A DNA stretch of 64,000 nucleotides, from NCBI GenBank assembly GCA_963707635.1, contig OY970173.1:800001-864000 (forward strand). Direction: 5' to 3'. Every line of letters begins with the position of its first letter. Position 1 is the stretch's first letter. The translations under genes and the position numbers were made by a program. Positions 20,493 through 31,284 of the stretch are shown piece after piece. Below the pieces are notes generated by a model. It worked only from the letters and a program-made list of their open reading frames with translations, was not told where the DNA came from and made no database searches. This stretch comes from Candidatus Latescibacterota bacterium. Its GTDB lineage: Bacteria > Krumholzibacteriota > Krumholzibacteriia > WVZY01 > JAKEHA01.

Positions 20493-20686
20493 GGATAGCG
20501 CGCGAATGTTCGCAATTGGATCACGCTACGTTTCCGGCCCAGATTCAGCGGTATTCCAGAGCTATCGGGGAACTTTGTGAGAGCGCGATGAGAACCGGGG
20601 CCCGGGTAGCGCTTGATGAATGCCCTGGTCGTTGTCATGATGTCTCGGTACTCTGAACGAGAAAGTGGTCTCTAAGGGAGTTCACC

Positions 20687-21559
20687 ATGAGCTTGCAAAC
20701 ACTAATTCCACTCGTGTTGAAAGCGACTGTATGGCTGAACGTCTTCGCGATTGGACTCCGAGCCAGCACACAGGACGCGACCTATTTGTTTCGCCGGCCC
20801 GGTGAACTGGTTCGCGCGCTCCTCGCCATGAGCGTGCTGATGCCCCTGTTCGCCGTCGCTCTTGTATTGATTTTTGATCTCCATCCGGCAGTGAAGATTG
20901 CGCTGGTCACGCTGTCTGTCTCCCCGATTCCTCCTCTCCTTCCGAAGAAACTGGTGAAGACGGGAGGAACCGCCTCGTACGCGATTGGATTGCTCGTCGC
21001 AATAGGCCTGCTGTCTATCATCTTCGTGCCACTCGCGATGGAGATAATCGAGCGAGTTCTCAAGGTGCCGCTGCAAATGACCGTAGCCTCGCTTGCCACG
21101 CTCATCTTCACTACGATCCTGCTTCCGATTGGGCTTGGGGTGGCGGTGCGCAGGTTTGCGCGTGCCCTGGCTGAACGCCTGGCAAGCCCGATCACACAAG
21201 TCGCGGTCATTGGGCTGCTGGCGTGCGTCGTCGCCATCCTGGTTGTGGCGGCGCCCATGATCTGGGGGCTCATGGGCAACGGCACCGGCATCGCGCTCGC
21301 TGCGTTCGTGCTCGTCGGCCTGGCGGTCGGCCATTTCCTTGGTGGACCGGAACCGGAGAATCGCACCGCCCTGGCCATATCGACTGCTTCGCGTCACCCG
21401 GGAATCGCGGTCGCGATCGCCCAGGCAAACTTTCCCGAGCAGAAACTCGCGATGGCGGCGGTGCTTCTATACCTGCTCGTCAACGCGGTTGTTTCGATCC
21501 CTTATCAAATCTGGGCCAAGCGCCGGCAGCCGGCCAGCGGCCAGCCGGAGAGAGCTTGA
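20687..21559 (+). CDS. Bile acid:sodium symporter family transporter
   Basis: Multi-TM; GH.LGGP...RTALAI.TASRHPG.A. Confidence 0.85.
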   Translation: MSLQTLIPLVLKATVWLNVFAIGLRASTQDATYLFRRPGELVRALLAMSVLMPLFAVALVLIFDLHPAVKIALVTLSVSPIPPLLPKKLVKTGGTASYAIGLLVAIGLLSIIFVPLAMEIIERVLKVPLQMTVASLATLIFTTILLPIGLGVAVRRFARALAERLASPITQVAVIGLLACVVAILVVAAPMIWGLMGNGTGIALAAFVLVGLAVGHFLGGPEPENRTALAISTASRHPGIAVAIAQANFPEQKLAMAAVLLYLLVNAVVSIPYQIWAKRRQPASGQPERA

Positions 21560-22314
21560 CGAATTCGAGCGACAAGAGCCTGAGCAAGGTTCCAGAAGTC
21601 ACACTCATCTTCTGGATCATCAAGATTGCGGCCACGACGCTTGGGGAAACCGGTGGTGATGCAGTCTCGATGTCGATGGGCCTTGGCTATCTGGTCGGGA
21701 CCGGAATTTTTGCTGCGCTCTTTGTCATTACTGTCGCCTTTCAGATTTCCGCGAAGCAGTTTCACCCATTGTTGTACTGGACAACCATTGTTGCCACGAC
21801 AACCGTGGGCACGACGCTGGCCGACTTTGCTGATCGTTCGTTGGGCATCGGTTATGCCGGCGGCACGGCGCTCCTGTTCACACTCCTCATATTATCGCTG
21901 TTCACCTGGTATCGTTCCCTCGGCTCCGTGTCGATCGATACTGTCAGCTCTCCAAGAGCAGAGATGTTCTATTGGGTGACGATCATGTTCTCCCAGACAC
22001 TCGGCACGGCTCTTGGCGATTGGACCGCCGATACGGCCGGCTTTGGCTACGCTCGCGCAGCCGTGTTGTTTGGGGCTCTGTTGGCCGTGGTTGCCGGCGC
22101 ATATTTTTGGACGCGAATATCTCGCACCCTGCTGTTCTGGGCAGCGTTCGTGCTCACTCGACCGCTGGGAGCGGTGATCGGCGATTTCCTCGACAAGCCT
22201 TTGGACGCAGGCGGACTTGCGTTAAGCCGCTACATGGCTTCCGCGGTGCTACTCGTGCTCATGGCGGCCTGTATTCTCCTCGTCCCGCAACGGGCGGCGA
22301 GAAAGTCCCACTGA
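21556..22314 (+). CDS. COG4705/DUF347-type membrane protein
   Basis: SKVPEVTL.FWIIKI.ATTLGETGGD; QTLGTALGD; LTRPLGA..GD; TTG start overlaps the upstream stop. Confidence 0.85.
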   Translation: MTNSSDKSLSKVPEVTLIFWIIKIAATTLGETGGDAVSMSMGLGYLVGTGIFAALFVITVAFQISAKQFHPLLYWTTIVATTTVGTTLADFADRSLGIGYAGGTALLFTLLILSLFTWYRSLGSVSIDTVSSPRAEMFYWVTIMFSQTLGTALGDWTADTAGFGYARAAVLFGALLAVVAGAYFWTRISRTLLFWAAFVLTRPLGAVIGDFLDKPLDAGGLALSRYMASAVLLVLMAACILLVPQRAARKSH

Positions 22315-22377
22315 CTCGGCACATTTCGTCGGTCGCGGGGATCATCGCATGGGCCTTCTGCATCCGGAGCGATTCAA

Positions 22378-23184
22378 ATGCGGATGATGCGCGAGAATCG
22401 CTGGATCAGTCGCGCTGGGGCCGTCATGACGGCGTTCGTCATCATGCCCTTCCCACTGACGTTTCAGAATGCCCGGGAAGCAGTGGTTGCCGCCGCTCTA
22501 CGCGACGGGGATGCAGCCTCCGAGGCGTTCGACAACGAAACGGCGCGCCTCTGCTATCAGCGCGCCTTCGCAATCGATTCCACGCATTGTGACGTTCTCT
22601 GCAGCCTCGCGCGGGCGAATATTCAACGCGGATTGATCGGCCCGGAAGACGAAAAAGCTGGCTGGTTCGCCTCCAGCGAGGAGCTCTCGCGTCGGAGCGT
22701 CTCGCTTTGCCCCGACTCCTCGGAAGCGCATTTCATTCTGGCGGTTGCCATCGGCCAGATGACCAGAGTGGTGGGTGGCAAGCGTCGCATCGAGCTTTCC
22801 AAAGACGTCAAGCGCGAGGCGGAGACGACGTTGTCCCTCGATCCGAGGCATTTTGGCGCCATGCATGTCCTCGGAAGGTGGAACTACGAGGTGGCCGGTC
22901 TGGGATGGTTCTCGAGGCTGGCGGCAAAGGTCGTTTACGGCGGTGTGCCCCCTGGAGCGAGCTACCAGCAAGCGAAGGAATGGTTCGAGCGCGCCATCGC
23001 CATCCGGCCCGACATGCCGCTCAACCATCTCTGGCTCGGTGAAACGCTGATCAAGCTCCGCGACTACCAAGGCGCGCGCGGGGAACTGCAGACGTGCCTC
23101 GATCTCGACGATGTGCTCTGGGACGATGCTCTCACCAGGGCCCTGGCGCAGAAGAAACTGCGGGACATCGAGGGCAAGAAATGA
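22378..23184 (+). CDS. TPR-repeat protein
   Basis: Helical TPR-like repeats (AHF.LA.A.G; A..WFERAI...P). Confidence 0.7.
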   Translation: MRMMRENRWISRAGAVMTAFVIMPFPLTFQNAREAVVAAALRDGDAASEAFDNETARLCYQRAFAIDSTHCDVLCSLARANIQRGLIGPEDEKAGWFASSEELSRRSVSLCPDSSEAHFILAVAIGQMTRVVGGKRRIELSKDVKREAETTLSLDPRHFGAMHVLGRWNYEVAGLGWFSRLAAKVVYGGVPPGASYQQAKEWFERAIAIRPDMPLNHLWLGETLIKLRDYQGARGELQTCLDLDDVLWDDALTRALAQKKLRDIEGKK

Positions 23185-23219
23185 TGGCGTTCGCGCCGTA
23201 GTGCGCGAGGTGCAAGTTG

Positions 23220-24077
23220 ATGCTCTCACTCTGGCGACGCCTGCCCACAATCGCGCGTGCCGTGATCACGGGGCTCGCGGTCACTGCTGCAGGGACGCTC
23301 CCGTGGGTGCTGCTCGTGACATGGAACCAGCGTGTGTTCCCAGGCTTGCCCTGGGCCACCTTGCCGATGGCGCTGTATCTCTGGCTGTATTGGAAGTATC
23401 TCAACGGCTCGGGTTGGCCACGTACGACCGCGGAGGCCCGTCGCACGAGCCTTCGCGCCAACCATCTTTCGAGCGATCTTTGGGGCATGTCGCTGGTTGC
23501 TGGAATCATGGGTCTTGCTGCGCTCCTGCCGCTGCTCGGAATCATGAGCCGTCTGGTGAGACTCCCGGCCGAATCACAAGCGATCAACGCGCCCCCACAA
23601 ATGCCGGTTGTCACGGTGTTTCTCCTGCTCGTCATGGCATCGATCGTCGCCGGCGTGGTCGAGGAAGCGGGGTTTCGCGGCTACATGCAGGGGCCGATAG
23701 AGCGGAGACACGGGCCCGTCGTGGCGATCCTGTTGAACGGTGCACTGTTCGGAATCGGCCACTACATGCATCATCCGGCGTCAATTGTGGCGATGCTGCC
23801 GTACTATCTCGCTGTCGCCGCCGTCTACGGCGGGCTCGCGTACGCCACGAATTCGATTCTTCCGGCAATCGGACTGCACGCTGGCGGCGACGTGTTCTCT
23901 CTCACACGCTTGTGGACTACCGGACAGCCGGAGTGGCAAGTGTCCGCTAACCCTCCGACGCTGATCTGGGAGACGGGCGCGGACGCTGCGTTCTGGGGCT
24001 ACGTCGCCGCCTTCCTTCTGCTCGGCGCCGGCGCGGTGTGGGCGTACTCCGCGCTTGCCCGCGCCGCGCGAGCGTGA
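23220..24077 (+). CDS. CPBP/Abi family intramembrane protease
   Basis: EE..FRGY, LFG..H, SI.PAI.LH. Confidence 0.9.
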   Translation: MLSLWRRLPTIARAVITGLAVTAAGTLPWVLLVTWNQRVFPGLPWATLPMALYLWLYWKYLNGSGWPRTTAEARRTSLRANHLSSDLWGMSLVAGIMGLAALLPLLGIMSRLVRLPAESQAINAPPQMPVVTVFLLLVMASIVAGVVEEAGFRGYMQGPIERRHGPVVAILLNGALFGIGHYMHHPASIVAMLPYYLAVAAVYGGLAYATNSILPAIGLHAGGDVFSLTRLWTTGQPEWQVSANPPTLIWETGADAAFWGYVAAFLLLGAGAVWAYSALARAARA

Positions 24078-24207
24078 TGCCTCTGGGAGATTGGACACTG
24101 GTAACTGGGAACCTATCTGGCAGGGGGGTGTTCGCAGCGTTAGATTCCAGCGAACTTGCCGTTCGATACTATCGGGGCCCGAGCTTCGCCCCAGACGGGA
24201 GTCCCCT

Positions 24208-25788
24208 ATGGCTGCTCGATCGCTAGTACGCCTCGCCGTCTGTATCCTGGCGGTGTCTGCCGGCGTTCCTTCCGCATTCGGCTCCGGCGAACCCCAGGAG
24301 TCGTATCTCTACAAGAACTTCGTCCGGGCGTCGGAGGTGCTGAATCGTGCAGTGGCGGCGCACGGAGGCGCTGAACTGCTCGATCGAGCGCTCGACGTTC
24401 GAATCACGTTCACCGGTACGTATCGCGACGAGGGCCATTTCGCCCGCCCCTGGGCCCATATGGACTACCGGATGGATGGGACCACGCTCTATTCCGCCGA
24501 CTTGCGGGCAATGAAGCAAGAAGCGACGTCCCTCGAGGAAGAAGGGCCGGTGCCGTCCTTCATCATCGTAGGCCCGATAAACGGACTCAAGCTGAACCGG
24601 TGGGCGAGTCGGCCGGATTCCATTCCGGAGACGGACCTCGAGGGCTCGCGGAGGGAAGCGCTCGAGGTTCTGCCGCATGAGTATCTGCGCCAGGCACGCG
24701 CCGGAGCCGCCAGCCTCCGACTGCTCTCCGGTCCCAAGGGCTACGACGTGCTCACCTACACCCTGGACAACGGCGAGGCGCGGGCGCTCTTTTTCGACAC
24801 CAGGACCCATCTCCTGATGCGCGTGGAACGAATCGGTCACTGGAAGCACAAAGGGGATCGGCTGGAGTGGCGGACGTTTGCGGACTACGTCGACCGGAAC
24901 GGAATCCGGGTACCGCTGCACTCCGAAGTCCACTTCGAGGACAGCTCCACCCAGCGCAACGTCATCTCCGAAATAAACAGGATCGAGTTCGGCGCGGCGG
25001 TGAGCGCCGATGAGTTCGCGATTCCCGCCGCCTATCGATCCGGACTCGAGGGATGGACCCTCCAGCAGTCGAAGGCGGAGAATCGGGACGAGCTGTTGCC
25101 GTTGCACGATCTCGGGCAGGGAGTCTTCATCATCGATCTTCCCCCCAGCACCGCCCGGTCGTTGCTGGTGGCCTTCTCCGACTTTTCCGCAATCGTGGAA
25201 GCCGGCGACTACAGCGAGATATCCGAGAGAGTACTGGCGACCGCCGATCATGTGCTGCCCGACCAGCCCGTTCGCTATGTCGCCATGACTCATCACCACC
25301 CGCTCTACGCCAACGGACTCCGGCCCTACGCGCAGCGCGGGATCACCATCCTGACCACGAAAGACAACGTCGAGTACCTTCGCGACCTGACCACGCGACC
25401 GTATCGGATTCACCCCGATGCCCAGCAGCACCAACCGCGCGCGCCCAAGTTCGAAGTGATCGACGGAACCAAAGTCATCACGGATGGAAAGCAACGATTG
25501 GAGCTGTACGAGTTCGATTACTCCACCCACACGGACGAGTATGTGTTGCCGTATCTTTCCAGTCACAAACTGATCGTGACCGGTGATATGGTCTACATTC
25601 TCCGCGACGCGCCGCTCGGCCCCGCGCGCCGCCGCGAACTGGCCATTCACCGTGTCGTCGCCGAGCGGGGGCTGGACGTCGAGTCCATCATGCAGACCTG
25701 GTTTTTGGCCGAGACCGACTCGCTCGTTCCGTACTCGGTCCTTGAGGAGAAGGTTCGGCTGGCGGAAGCGAAGGACTCGAAGAAATGA
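24208..25788 (+). CDS. Secreted protein with C-terminal metallo-beta-lactamase-like fold
   Basis: Signal peptide; PVRYVAMTHHH; HTDE...YL...KL..TGD. Confidence 0.65.
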   Translation: MAARSLVRLAVCILAVSAGVPSAFGSGEPQESYLYKNFVRASEVLNRAVAAHGGAELLDRALDVRITFTGTYRDEGHFARPWAHMDYRMDGTTLYSADLRAMKQEATSLEEEGPVPSFIIVGPINGLKLNRWASRPDSIPETDLEGSRREALEVLPHEYLRQARAGAASLRLLSGPKGYDVLTYTLDNGEARALFFDTRTHLLMRVERIGHWKHKGDRLEWRTFADYVDRNGIRVPLHSEVHFEDSSTQRNVISEINRIEFGAAVSADEFAIPAAYRSGLEGWTLQQSKAENRDELLPLHDLGQGVFIIDLPPSTARSLLVAFSDFSAIVEAGDYSEISERVLATADHVLPDQPVRYVAMTHHHPLYANGLRPYAQRGITILTTKDNVEYLRDLTTRPYRIHPDAQQHQPRAPKFEVIDGTKVITDGKQRLELYEFDYSTHTDEYVLPYLSSHKLIVTGDMVYILRDAPLGPARRRELAIHRVVAERGLDVESIMQTWFLAETDSLVPYSVLEEKVRLAEAKDSKK

Positions 25789-25837
25789 CCGTCGTCAAGA
25801 AGCCGCACGGCAGGGAAGTGGAGTGCTCGAAGGACGC

Positions 25838-26305
25838 ATGAACCCAAGCCTTCTCGCCCTCATGCTGTGCGCTGCGGCCGCCGCGCTCGAGGGGTTGGCT
25901 GCTGGCGGCGGCGTCCGGGCGCGGTTTGCCGAACTGCGCTTGCCGCCATTCTCGCCGCCGCTTGCCGTGTGGATCGGCATCGGCGTCGGTTATTACTTCA
26001 TCTGTTTTGTCATCCTCAGCCGCTTGCTTGCGACTCCGCTGGCCGGCGCCGCCCCGGGCAGGCTCGCGCTTGGGCTCGTCTGCTCGCTCATGCTGGCCAA
26101 CGCCGCATGGGGCCTGCTGTTCTTTCGCCGCAAGGATCTGCGCTTGAGCTTCCTGGCGCTTCCACCGTATGCAGTCCTGACGCTTGCCCTCGGGATAACC
26201 TTGTCAACTGTGGATCGAGTCGCCGCGCTGGTCCTGCTGCCGTATCTGCTGTACCTCATCTATGCGACCTGGTGGGGCTGCCGTCTGTGGCGCCTGAATG
26301 CCTAG
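25838..26305 (+). CDS. TspO/MBR family protein
   Basis: L..P.FSPP..VW; NAAW..LFF; LLPYL.YL.YA. Confidence 0.85.
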   Translation: MNPSLLALMLCAAAAALEGLAAGGGVRARFAELRLPPFSPPLAVWIGIGVGYYFICFVILSRLLATPLAGAAPGRLALGLVCSLMLANAAWGLLFFRRKDLRLSFLALPPYAVLTLALGITLSTVDRVAALVLLPYLLYLIYATWWGCRLWRLNA

Positions 26306-26332
26306 AACGGATCCGTCAGGTATACTCCGTTA

Positions 26333-27160
26333 ATGACACCGAAGCAGGCATCGGATACGTGGGAAAGCGGTAGAGTCTACGAGCAATACATAGGCCGGTG
26401 GAGCCGACGGGTCGCGCCACTGTTTCTCTCCTGGTTGAACTTTCCGGCCGAACGTCGCTGGCTGGATGTGGGATGCGGCACCGGAGCACTGTGCGCTGTG
26501 ATTCTGGACCAGTGCGCGCCCGCGTCGGTCGTGGGCGTGGAACCGTCGGAACGATTCCTCGAGAGCGCCCGGGAACGGTTCGCTGGCCGGGCTCTGTTTC
26601 ATCATGGAAGTGCCACGGAGATCCCGCTAGAGGCCGCATGTGTCGATGCGACCGTGTCGGGACTGGTCCTGAACTTCGTCCAGGATCAACCGGCAGCGCT
26701 GGCCGAGATGGCCCGCGTGACCGTACCAGGCGGGACGATCGCGGCGTACGTCTGGGACTATGCGGGAAAGATGGAGATGCTGCGCGCCTTCTGGGACGCG
26801 GCGATCGAACTTGACCCGGATGCGGCGAACTTTGATGAGGGAGCTCGCTTCCCGCTGTGTCGGCCGGAGGCGCTCACTGACCTGTTTACACGCGCCGGGT
26901 TGGGTGACGTCACGGTGACGACCATCGACATTCCCACGCACTTCACGACTTTTGACGACTACTGGCATCCGTTCCTCGGCGGCCAGGGCCCCGCGCCGTC
27001 ATACGCCGTGGCTCTCGATGAGTCGGCAAGAATGAGACTACGGGACCGGATAAGGGAGAGCATCCCTGTCCAATCGAACGGTTCGATCTCCCTGACGGCT
27101 CGGGCCTGGGCGGTGCGAGCGATCGTCGCGGACCGCGAAGGCCAGTCGCGCGGGAGGTGA
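26333..27160 (+). CDS. Class I SAM-dependent methyltransferase
   Basis: WLDVGCGTGAL; EM.RV..PGG. Confidence 0.9.
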   Translation: MTPKQASDTWESGRVYEQYIGRWSRRVAPLFLSWLNFPAERRWLDVGCGTGALCAVILDQCAPASVVGVEPSERFLESARERFAGRALFHHGSATEIPLEAACVDATVSGLVLNFVQDQPAALAEMARVTVPGGTIAAYVWDYAGKMEMLRAFWDAAIELDPDAANFDEGARFPLCRPEALTDLFTRAGLGDVTVTTIDIPTHFTTFDDYWHPFLGGQGPAPSYAVALDESARMRLRDRIRESIPVQSNGSISLTARAWAVRAIVADREGQSRGR

Positions 27161-28098
27161 CGTTGGAATCCATTGCGCCAAACGTGCTGGGGGGAATCGG
27201 CAATACGCCGCTGGTCCAGTTGCGACACGTGGTTCCGGACGGCTGTGCCCGCGTGGTCGCAAAGTTGGAATCGACGAATCCGACGGGCAGCATGAAGGAC
27301 CGCATGGCCGACGCGGCGGTCGCGCGCGCGGAAGCCGACGGGCGCCTTCGCCCCGGCGGAACGGTGGTCGAGTACACGTCGGGAACCACGGGCATCTCGC
27401 TGGCTTTGGTATGCGCGGCAAAAGGGTACGGGCTGGAGATCGTTTTTTCGGACGCGTTCAGCGACGACAAGCGACGCACGCTGCGGGCGTTCGGAGCGCA
27501 CGTGACCGACGTGCCGAGCGACCACCAGAAGATCACCGAGGCACTGATCAAGAACATGATCAAGACGGCGGCGGATCTAAGCCGACGGCCCGGCCACTGG
27601 TACTGCGATCAGCTCAACAACCATGATGGCATCGAGGGATATGTCCCGCTCGGCGAGGAGATCTGGCGGCAGACCGAAGGGCGGGTGGACGCATTCGTCC
27701 ACGCCGTGGGCACGGCCCATTCGATCCACGGCGTGACCCGGGCGTTGAGGAGCCACCGCCAGGTCCGAATCGTCGCCGTCGAACCCGCGGAGTCCGCCGT
27801 TCTCTCCGCAAAGCCGTCGGGTGCCCACCAGATCGAAGGCATCGGCATTGGATTTCTGCCTCCGCTCTGGCGCCCGGAACTCGTCGACGAAATCCAAACC
27901 GTCACCACCCACGATGCCTACCAGATGGCCCGACGATTGGCTCGCGAGGAAGGTATCTTCGCGGGCGGTTCTTCGGGCGCGAATGTGGTGGCAGCGATTC
28001 GCGTTGCCCAGCGACTCGGACCCGACGCCACCGTCGCCACGATCATCGTCGACTCCGGGCTGCGCTACTTGAGCACCGACATCTATCGCGGCGATTAG
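27157..28098 (+). CDS. PLP-dependent cysteine synthase family protein
   Basis: IGNTPLV, KLE..NPTGSMKDR, H.IEGIG, G.SSGAN, DSGLRYLS. Confidence 0.9.
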   Translation: MTLESIAPNVLGGIGNTPLVQLRHVVPDGCARVVAKLESTNPTGSMKDRMADAAVARAEADGRLRPGGTVVEYTSGTTGISLALVCAAKGYGLEIVFSDAFSDDKRRTLRAFGAHVTDVPSDHQKITEALIKNMIKTAADLSRRPGHWYCDQLNNHDGIEGYVPLGEEIWRQTEGRVDAFVHAVGTAHSIHGVTRALRSHRQVRIVAVEPAESAVLSAKPSGAHQIEGIGIGFLPPLWRPELVDEIQTVTTHDAYQMARRLAREEGIFAGGSSGANVVAAIRVAQRLGPDATVATIIVDSGLRYLSTDIYRGD

Positions 28099-28240
28099 GC
28101 ACTGAACCCCGTTGTTACTTTGCGGTGGTACGATGCGCGGGTGGACGACTACGATGCGCTGGTATAGATTGAGGGTGAAGCCCACTCGCATTGAACAAAC
28201 AGAGACCACAGCAACCGTGAAAAACATCACGACCTGGAAG

Positions 28241-29695
28241 ATGGAATTTCTCTGCGGCTTGACGCAGCTGGTCGTAGCGAGGCGATCCGCAGCCGGACTG
28301 GCAGCGGCGGTTACGCTTGCGGTCGCTCTCGCGTACGTGGCGAAGCCGGAACTCTCCGGTGCTGCTCAGGAAAAACCCAACATCGTCATAATCCTCGCGG
28401 ACAACCTCGGCTATGGCGAGCTTGCCTGCTACGGCAGCGTCCGCATGGTCGGGACGCCGCGCATCGACAGCCTGGCCGCCGAGGGCTTGCGGCTTGCCAA
28501 TTTCAACGTCGAGTCCTGGTGTTCGCCATCGCGTTCGGCCCTGCTAACGGGTCGCTTCGGGGTCCGTTCCGGTACGGACTCCCTCGCGGCGTCCGGTCCG
28601 AAGGGCATGGTGCAGTGGGAGGTAACGCTGGCGGAGCTGTTGTCCGCCCGCGGCTACGCCACCGCCCACTACGGTAAATGGCATCTCGGCGACCAGGAGG
28701 GACGCTTTCCGACCGATCAAGGTTTCGACGAGTGGTACGGCATCGCGAATAGTTGGGATGAGGGCATGATCACGTCGAAGCCGGACTACATCCCCAAAGA
28801 GGCCGATATGCCTTACATCCTCGAAGGCATCAAGGGTCAGAAGACTCAGGAGGTCGGAATCTTTGACGTGGAGGCCGGGCGGATGATTGACCGCGAGCTG
28901 ACCGACAAATCGGTCGCATACATCCAGCGCAACGCACAGGCAAAACGGCCGTTCTTTCTCTACGTGCCGATAGCCGCCGTGCATCGGCCGGTGTATTCCC
29001 ATCCCGATTTCACCGATAAATCCGGGGCCGGCCTGATCGGCGATGCCGTGATGGGGATGGACTTCAACGTCGGCCTCATCCTCGACGCCATCAAGCAGGC
29101 TGGCATCGAAGACAACACCATTTTCATCTTCGCCAGCGACAACGGTCCCGACTTCGGCGATCCATGGAGGGGTACCGCCGGTCCCTGGAACGGGAGCTTC
29201 AAGACGGCGATGGAAGGCTCGCTGCGCACCCCGTGTATCATCCGTTGGCCCGGTCGCATCCCGGCCGGGCGGGTGAGCAACGAGATCGTGCACATCACCG
29301 ACTTGTTTACGACGCTGGCCAGGGCTGCGGGTGCGAAAGTTCCGAACGACCGCGCGATCGATGGTGTGGACCAGATGGATTTCTTCACCGGCAAGCAGGA
29401 AAAATCGAACCGCGAAGGCTTCCCGGTCTATGCGTACGGCCATCTCTATGCCGTGAAATGGCACGACTGGAAGATGCATTTTGTGTGGCGGCCGCTGGCC
29501 ACGCTGGAACCGGAGACGATCAGGAAACTTTTCAACCTGCGTAGCGACCCGAAGGAAGAAGTGGACGTATTTTGGCAGAACACCTGGACCCAAGCGCCGA
29601 TAGAAAAGATCGCTACCGATTTCGAAGCCACGCTGGCGAAGTATCCGCTCATCGCGCCCGGCACCCCCGATCCATATCGACTACCGAAGAAGTAG
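28241..29695 (+). CDS. Arylsulfatase (start uncertain)
   Basis: KPNIVIILADNLG, CSPSRSALLTGR, GKWHLG, SDNG. Confidence 0.92.
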   Translation: MEFLCGLTQLVVARRSAAGLAAAVTLAVALAYVAKPELSGAAQEKPNIVIILADNLGYGELACYGSVRMVGTPRIDSLAAEGLRLANFNVESWCSPSRSALLTGRFGVRSGTDSLAASGPKGMVQWEVTLAELLSARGYATAHYGKWHLGDQEGRFPTDQGFDEWYGIANSWDEGMITSKPDYIPKEADMPYILEGIKGQKTQEVGIFDVEAGRMIDRELTDKSVAYIQRNAQAKRPFFLYVPIAAVHRPVYSHPDFTDKSGAGLIGDAVMGMDFNVGLILDAIKQAGIEDNTIFIFASDNGPDFGDPWRGTAGPWNGSFKTAMEGSLRTPCIIRWPGRIPAGRVSNEIVHITDLFTTLARAAGAKVPNDRAIDGVDQMDFFTGKQEKSNREGFPVYAYGHLYAVKWHDWKMHFVWRPLATLEPETIRKLFNLRSDPKEEVDVFWQNTWTQAPIEKIATDFEATLAKYPLIAPGTPDPYRLPKK

Positions 29696-29769
29696 CTGGC
29701 GACGTCGCGCAGTGAGTCAAGGTGCTGAACGGCCATGAATGGTCAGGTGAAGACGAGGTAGGAGCTGAT

Positions 29770-30249
29770 ATGAAACCCGTAATGATCCTTTTCGCTTTGA
29801 TGTTCGCGAGCGCGATCGCAGTCGGTCAGGGGACTGCGGAATCCAGCGAGAAAGCAACCATGACTGCACGGGGAACGTTCGATGTAAAGCTGGCCCCGCA
29901 GCCTGCTGACAGCACGGGCGGGCCGTTCGGCCGCCTGACTTTCGACAAACAGTTCCACGGCGACATCGAGGCGGCCAGCAAGGGACAGATGCTGGGCGCT
30001 TATACTGCGGTCGAAGGCTCGGGCGCGTATGTCGCGCTGGAACTGGTGACCGGCGTTCTCAATGGGAAGACGGGAAGCTTCATGCTTCAGCACAAGGGGA
30101 CCATGCAAAAAGGCGCGTACGCGCTGGACGTGACGGTGGTCCCGGATTCGGGGACCGATCAATTGACCGGGATCGCGGGCACGATGACTATCATCATCGA
30201 CGCCAACAAGCACTCGTACCAGTTCGAGTACACACTCGAGAAAGAATGA
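29770..30249 (+). CDS. DUF3224 family protein with signal peptide
   Basis: A.GTFDVK, K.FHGD, YVA.E...G.L.GK.GSF.LQH, VVPDSGT..L.G. Confidence 0.85.
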   Translation: MKPVMILFALMFASAIAVGQGTAESSEKATMTARGTFDVKLAPQPADSTGGPFGRLTFDKQFHGDIEAASKGQMLGAYTAVEGSGAYVALELVTGVLNGKTGSFMLQHKGTMQKGAYALDVTVVPDSGTDQLTGIAGTMTIIIDANKHSYQFEYTLEKE

Positions 30250-30270
30250 GCGAAGGAACCCTGGAAGGCC

Positions 30271-30657
30271 ATGAAACCCAATCACGCCGCACCCAAGAAT
30301 ATCGATCAGTACATTGCGGGGTTCCCGAGTGATGTTCGGGAGACTCTGGAAAAGATAAGGATGACGATCCGGAAAGCGGCGCCAGATGCGGAAGAGGCCA
30401 TCAAGTACCAGCTGCCGACTTTCGTTTTGAAAGGCAATCTGGTTCATTTTGGTGCCTTCAGGCAGCACATCGGGTTCTATCCCACATCGACCGCAACCGC
30501 GAAGTTCGCGAAAGAGCTGTCTGCCTACGAAGGAGCCAAGGGCTCGGTGAAGTTCGCGTTCGACAAGCCCATTCCATTCGCCCTGATCAGCAGGATTGTG
30601 AAGTTCAGGGCGAAGGAGAACCTGGACCGGGCAGCCGCGAGAGCGAAGAAGAAATAG
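30271..30657 (+). CDS. DUF1801 (YdhG-like) protein
   Basis: IDQYIAGFP, I.KAAP.AEE.IKY..PTF, HIGFYP, KGSV.F..DKPIP. Confidence 0.88.
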   Translation: MKPNHAAPKNIDQYIAGFPSDVRETLEKIRMTIRKAAPDAEEAIKYQLPTFVLKGNLVHFGAFRQHIGFYPTSTATAKFAKELSAYEGAKGSVKFAFDKPIPFALISRIVKFRAKENLDRAAARAKKK

Positions 30658-30663
30658 GCCGCC

Positions 30664-31284
30664 ATGGATAACGCGATCCCTCCCCAGAACGGTCCCGGGA
30701 CTCCCGATCCCTCCACGACCGCCGTCCTGCTGGCGCGCGCGCGCTCCGGAGACGTGGGGGCGCGCGAGGAGCTCTTTCAGCGGTTCCTGCCGACGCTGCG
30801 CCGCTGGGCGCACCGGCGGCTCCCGCTTCGCGCCCGCGACCTCACCGAGACGGCCGACCTGGTGCAGATCACGCTACTGCGCGCGCTCAACCGCATGGAC
30901 CAGTTCGAGGCCCGCGGCGAGGGCGCATTTCTCGGCTACCTCCGGCAGATTCTTTTGAACGTCGTGCGCGAGGAGATTCGACGCTCCGGACGGCGCGGCA
31001 CCCAGGAGTCGCTGCACGAAACGCTGGCCTCACCCGACGCGTCGGTGATCGAACAGATCGTCGGACACGACCAGATGGAGCATTACCAGCGCGGCCTCGA
31101 GTTGCTGGACGAAGAGCAGCGACTGGCCGTTCTCCTGCGTCTCGAGTTCGGTTACACCTATGCGCAGATCGCGGACGCCCTGGGAAAGCCCAGCCCGGAC
31201 GCCGCGCGCATGATGGTCGGGCGGGCATTCGTGGAGCTCGCGCGGATTATCGACGACGGCCATGCCGGACGATCCAGTTCTTGA
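30664..31284 (+). CDS. ECF sigma factor
   Basis: A..GD..A.EELF.R, DLVQ, region 4 Y.QIA..LG....AARM...RA. Confidence 0.9.
   Translation: MDNAIPPQNGPGTPDPSTTAVLLARARSGDVGAREELFQRFLPTLRRWAHRRLPLRARDLTETADLVQITLLRALNRMDQFEARGEGAFLGYLRQILLNVVREEIRRSGRRGTQESLHETLASPDASVIEQIVGHDQMEHYQRGLELLDEEQRLAVLLRLEFGYTYAQIADALGKPSPDAARMMVGRAFVELARIIDDGHAGRSSS

Noticed and set aside
24138..24145. GTTAGAT as an attC right end
   Set aside because: No matching left arm or hairpin is visible; a 7-mer match can be chance
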